Of a stretch of 26,657 nucleotides of DNA, positions 26,562 through 26,657 are shown in pieces. Source of the stretch: Candidatus Ethanoperedens thermophilum (GTDB lineage: Archaea > Halobacteriota > Methanosarcinia > Methanosarcinales > EX4572-44); NCBI GenBank assembly GCA_012910725.1, contig WNEG01000087.1, positions 13,917-40,573 of the forward strand, given 5' to 3'. The position numbers and the translations under genes were made by a program. The stretch's first letter is position 1. Each line of letters opens with the position of its first letter. The notes under the pieces are model-generated. The model was not told the origin of the DNA. It saw nothing but the letters and a program-made list of their open reading frames with translations, and searched no databases.

Positions 26562-26657
26562 AACTCATATATTTATTGTGATAGTATTAGTGTTTGCCTT
26601 TGTAGTTTTTGGCTATTATATTTATTCATATAATCAAGATTTTCAACAAGATTTAGC

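Overview
Archaeal chromosomal window, most likely Methanosarcinales and possibly an ANME lineage (inferred from split rpoB''/rpoB', mch, ccmC and a dockerin protein). Housekeeping genes: tRNA-Lys(UUU)-rpoH-rpoB''-rpoB', larC, a short metG, mdh plus a two-subunit fumarate hydratase, mch, pstC-pstA-pstB-phoU (no pstS in the window) and ccmC. Accessory genes: three toxin-antitoxin pairs (MNT-HEPN, HicB-HicA, antitoxin-RelE), an ABC-ATPase + TOPRIM pair whose second gene appears to start at CTG, a PQQ-propeller/dockerin surface protein and a hexad-repeat, Cys-knob membrane protein. Two non-coding or mobile systems stand out. (1) An IscB element (3861-5382) and a TnpB element (22313-23665) share nearly the same left and right ends and the same TTCAT target, but carry their nuclease genes in opposite orientations. 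Both sit directly before the ATGA of a host start codon (rpoH, pstA). A third, internally deleted TnpB mini-element keeps a promoter-like motif and the omegaRNA-overlapping region. (2) A dispersed, modular family of short palindromes occupies six intergenic gaps in shuffled mosaics. All 14 intact copies of three different stems have a C-GNA-G triloop on the minus strand, which suggests an archaeal REP/BIME-like ssDNA-hairpin system. All calls come from reading the sequence by eye; no searches or folding were run.
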